Shown: piece after piece, positions 62,465 to 64,000 of the stretch
Position numbering within the stretch: position 1 is the stretch's first letter
Layout: every line of letters starts with the position of its first letter
Source of the DNA: an uncultured Verrucomicrobiota bacterium
GTDB taxonomy: Bacteria; Verrucomicrobiota; Kiritimatiellia; RFP12; UBA1067
NCBI GenBank assembly: GCA_947305775.1
Contig: CAMZEN010000008.1
Coordinates: 2,646-66,645, forward strand
Direction of reading: 5' to 3'
Length of the DNA: 64,000 nt
The notes under the pieces: model-generated
Databases searched by the model: none
What the model saw: only the letters and a program-made list of their open reading frames with translations
Told to the model about the DNA's origin: nothing
Made by a program: the position numbers and the translations under genes

Positions 62465-64000
62465 ATGCGCTCGGTTGCGGCGATGGCGTTGTTGCTCTGC
62501 CTGGCAGGGTGCGCGTCGTTGCCGCCGCGTTTCATACTAAACGGCGGCGGCGCATTCCGGGATGCCGACCTTGCTCAACCGGCAGAACTTAAGATTCTTG
62601 ACGCGCCCGACGTGCCGGTCGTAAAGGACGGGCGTTCCATTCCGATAGTATTCGCCGACACGCAGCGAGCATTCGGCGCGGCGATTCAGCTGGCCGATAT
62701 CATACGAAGGGCGACGGGAGTTAAGCCAGACATAATCCGCGAGTTTCCAGGCACCGCCGCCACCAACAAGCCTGCGCTTTTTATTGGCGAGACATCCGCC
62801 GCCGCGTCGCTTGGGCTTGCCGTGCCTTGCGATGATCCGGAGGCTTTTCGCGTGGTGGCTAATGCTGGCGATGTGTTCTTTCTTGGGCGGGAAGACTTCG
62901 CTGTGTTCGACTGGTGCGAGCGGCAGCTTGGGGCCAGGTGCTTCTGGCTGGACAAGGACGGCGAGGAGCTTTCTGTCCCGCGCGTTGACGGCATTTCGGC
63001 TACTGCCGTGGACTACATGGACAAGCCTGCGTACGAAATGCGTGTTTGCGGTTCATGCGCCAACCAGCGTTGGGCACGGTTCTCAAAGGTTGGCAATGTC
63101 CACCGCGGCGCGGTGAAGGTGCATGCGCCCCACAAGTGGAACAGCGACCCGGTGCTGGTCGCCGAAAGGCCTGAGATATTCGCGTTGGCCTCCGACGGAC
63201 GACGCGCAACGTCGCCACTCCTGTGCTACGGGAATCCTGCGACTCTCGAATACTACGAGTCTCGCATAGACGAGGCCATTGCGGGCGTTCGCGATTCTGG
63301 CGGGATAGTGGATGTGCAGCGCAAGGTTATAACGGTCTCCCCGTGGGATGTCGCCTACAATTGCACATGCCAGCACTGCATGCCATTGTACGACGAGTCG
63401 CTTGGGCCAGGCGGGAACGCATCGCCCATCGTGTGGGGTCGCTTTCTGAAGGAACTCGCGCGTTGGGCCAAAGACAAGCATCCCGATTACATCATATCGT
63501 TCCTGCCTTATTGGAACATGTGTGAAGTCCCTCCAGGTCTGGACCTGAACGAAGAGGGGAACTGCGAAGCCGAGGTTTGCGTCATGCCGGGGCTGGCCCT
63601 CATGAAGGATGAGTCGGTAAAGCGGCGCGAAGAGGAGATAATCCGCAAATGGACCGAAGTCACCGGACGCAAGGCCATACTTTGGCACTATACATGCTGG
63701 CCGGCCGAGTTCACCGTTGCGCCATACCTTTTCGGCAACACCATCCGTCGCCATTGGCAGGACATGCGTGGATTGGTTGACGGATGCTTCATATGCGGAG
63801 GCGGGGAGGTGCCGCGGCTTTCACTCATGTACTATGTGTGGATGCGCTGCATGTGGAATCCTGAAGTTGACGTGGAAGCGATATACGACACCTTTTGCAA
63901 GCGCATGTTTGGTCCGGCGGCAAAGCCGATGCGCCGTCTAATTGCGCTTCAGGAGTTCGGGTGGTCCCGTCGCTGGATCGGCGAAGAGATGTCCGATGGC
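62465..64000 (+). CDS. lipoprotein, DUF4838-like glycoside-hydrolase-associated protein (3' end beyond the window)
   Basis: Not in the ORF track because no stop is reached. Open in frame from 62441 to 64000. Lipobox MRSVAAMALLLCLAGC. N-terminal IPIVFADTQ..FGAAIQLADIIRRATGV...ALFIGE pattern and LLCYGNPATLEYYESRI resemble DUF4838 proteins. Confidence 0.5.
   Translation, partial: MRSVAAMALLLCLAGCASLPPRFILNGGGAFRDADLAQPAELKILDAPDVPVVKDGRSIPIVFADTQRAFGAAIQLADIIRRATGVKPDIIREFPGTAATNKPALFIGETSAAASLGLAVPCDDPEAFRVVANAGDVFFLGREDFAVFDWCERQLGARCFWLDKDGEELSVPRVDGISATAVDYMDKPAYEMRVCGSCANQRWARFSKVGNVHRGAVKVHAPHKWNSDPVLVAERPEIFALASDGRRATSPLLCYGNPATLEYYESRIDEAIAGVRDSGGIVDVQRKVITVSPWDVAYNCTCQHCMPLYDESLGPGGNASPIVWGRFLKELARWAKDKHPDYIISFLPYWNMCEVPPGLDLNEEGNCEAEVCVMPGLALMKDESVKRREEEIIRKWTEVTGRKAILWHYTCWPAEFTVAPYLFGNTIRRHWQDMRGLVDGCFICGGGEVPRLSLMYYVWMRCMWNPEVDVEAIYDTFCKRMFGPAAKPMRRLIALQEFGWSRRWIGEEMSDG

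Overview
GC-rich (about 60% by eye) bacterial chromosomal segment with about 50 genes. From 13.1 kb to the end, every gene is on the + strand; only four genes, all in the first 13 kb, are on the - strand. Many neighbouring genes have overlapping stop/start codons (ATGA, GTGA, TGATG).

Content:
- Housekeeping genes: aspS, obg, panB, rpoD, pyrH, frr, alaS, purC, ybaB, recR, rsmA, and tRNA-Leu(CAG) plus tRNA-Glu(CUC).
- Host-glycan foraging genes: GH33 sialidase, GH35 beta-galactosidase with a discoidin domain, a eukaryote-type hexokinase, and a DUF4838-like lipoprotein.
- Envelope genes: a 2041-aa beta-helix/LamG surface protein, DUF481 and TorF-like outer-membrane barrels, an AsmA-like protein, and ABC-2 exporters.

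This mix suggests a PVC-superphylum (Lentisphaerota/Victivallales-like) gut organism. That placement is inference only. No rRNA, CRISPR array, integrase or transposase was seen.

Observations most worth a second look:
1. A cluster of two tandem APC-permease::hybrid-histidine-kinase fusions, a soluble REC-HK-REC kinase and a translationally coupled outer-membrane barrel. It has no output regulator and lies divergent from a leaderless sialidase gene.
2. An AT-rich array of four perfect GTACTAGTAC palindromes at exactly 22-bp spacing, followed by two 22-bp direct repeats, upstream of aspS.
3. A 16-cysteine secreted protein translationally coupled to a two-component system.
4. A standalone ~1200-aa DUF4011/SF1-helicase/PD-(D/E)xK-like/DUF3320-like protein.
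5. A recurrent extended -10 promoter motif (aTATGgTAtAAT). It defines the transcription units and implies at least three leaderless mRNAs.
6. A membrane-anchored RRM protein, an orphan SBP::permease fusion next to a decayed DUF3800 paralogue, a ~290-nt structured leader with SD/anti-SD logic, and a hairpin-dense 400-bp intergenic region.

All family assignments come from motifs read by eye. No database search was run.
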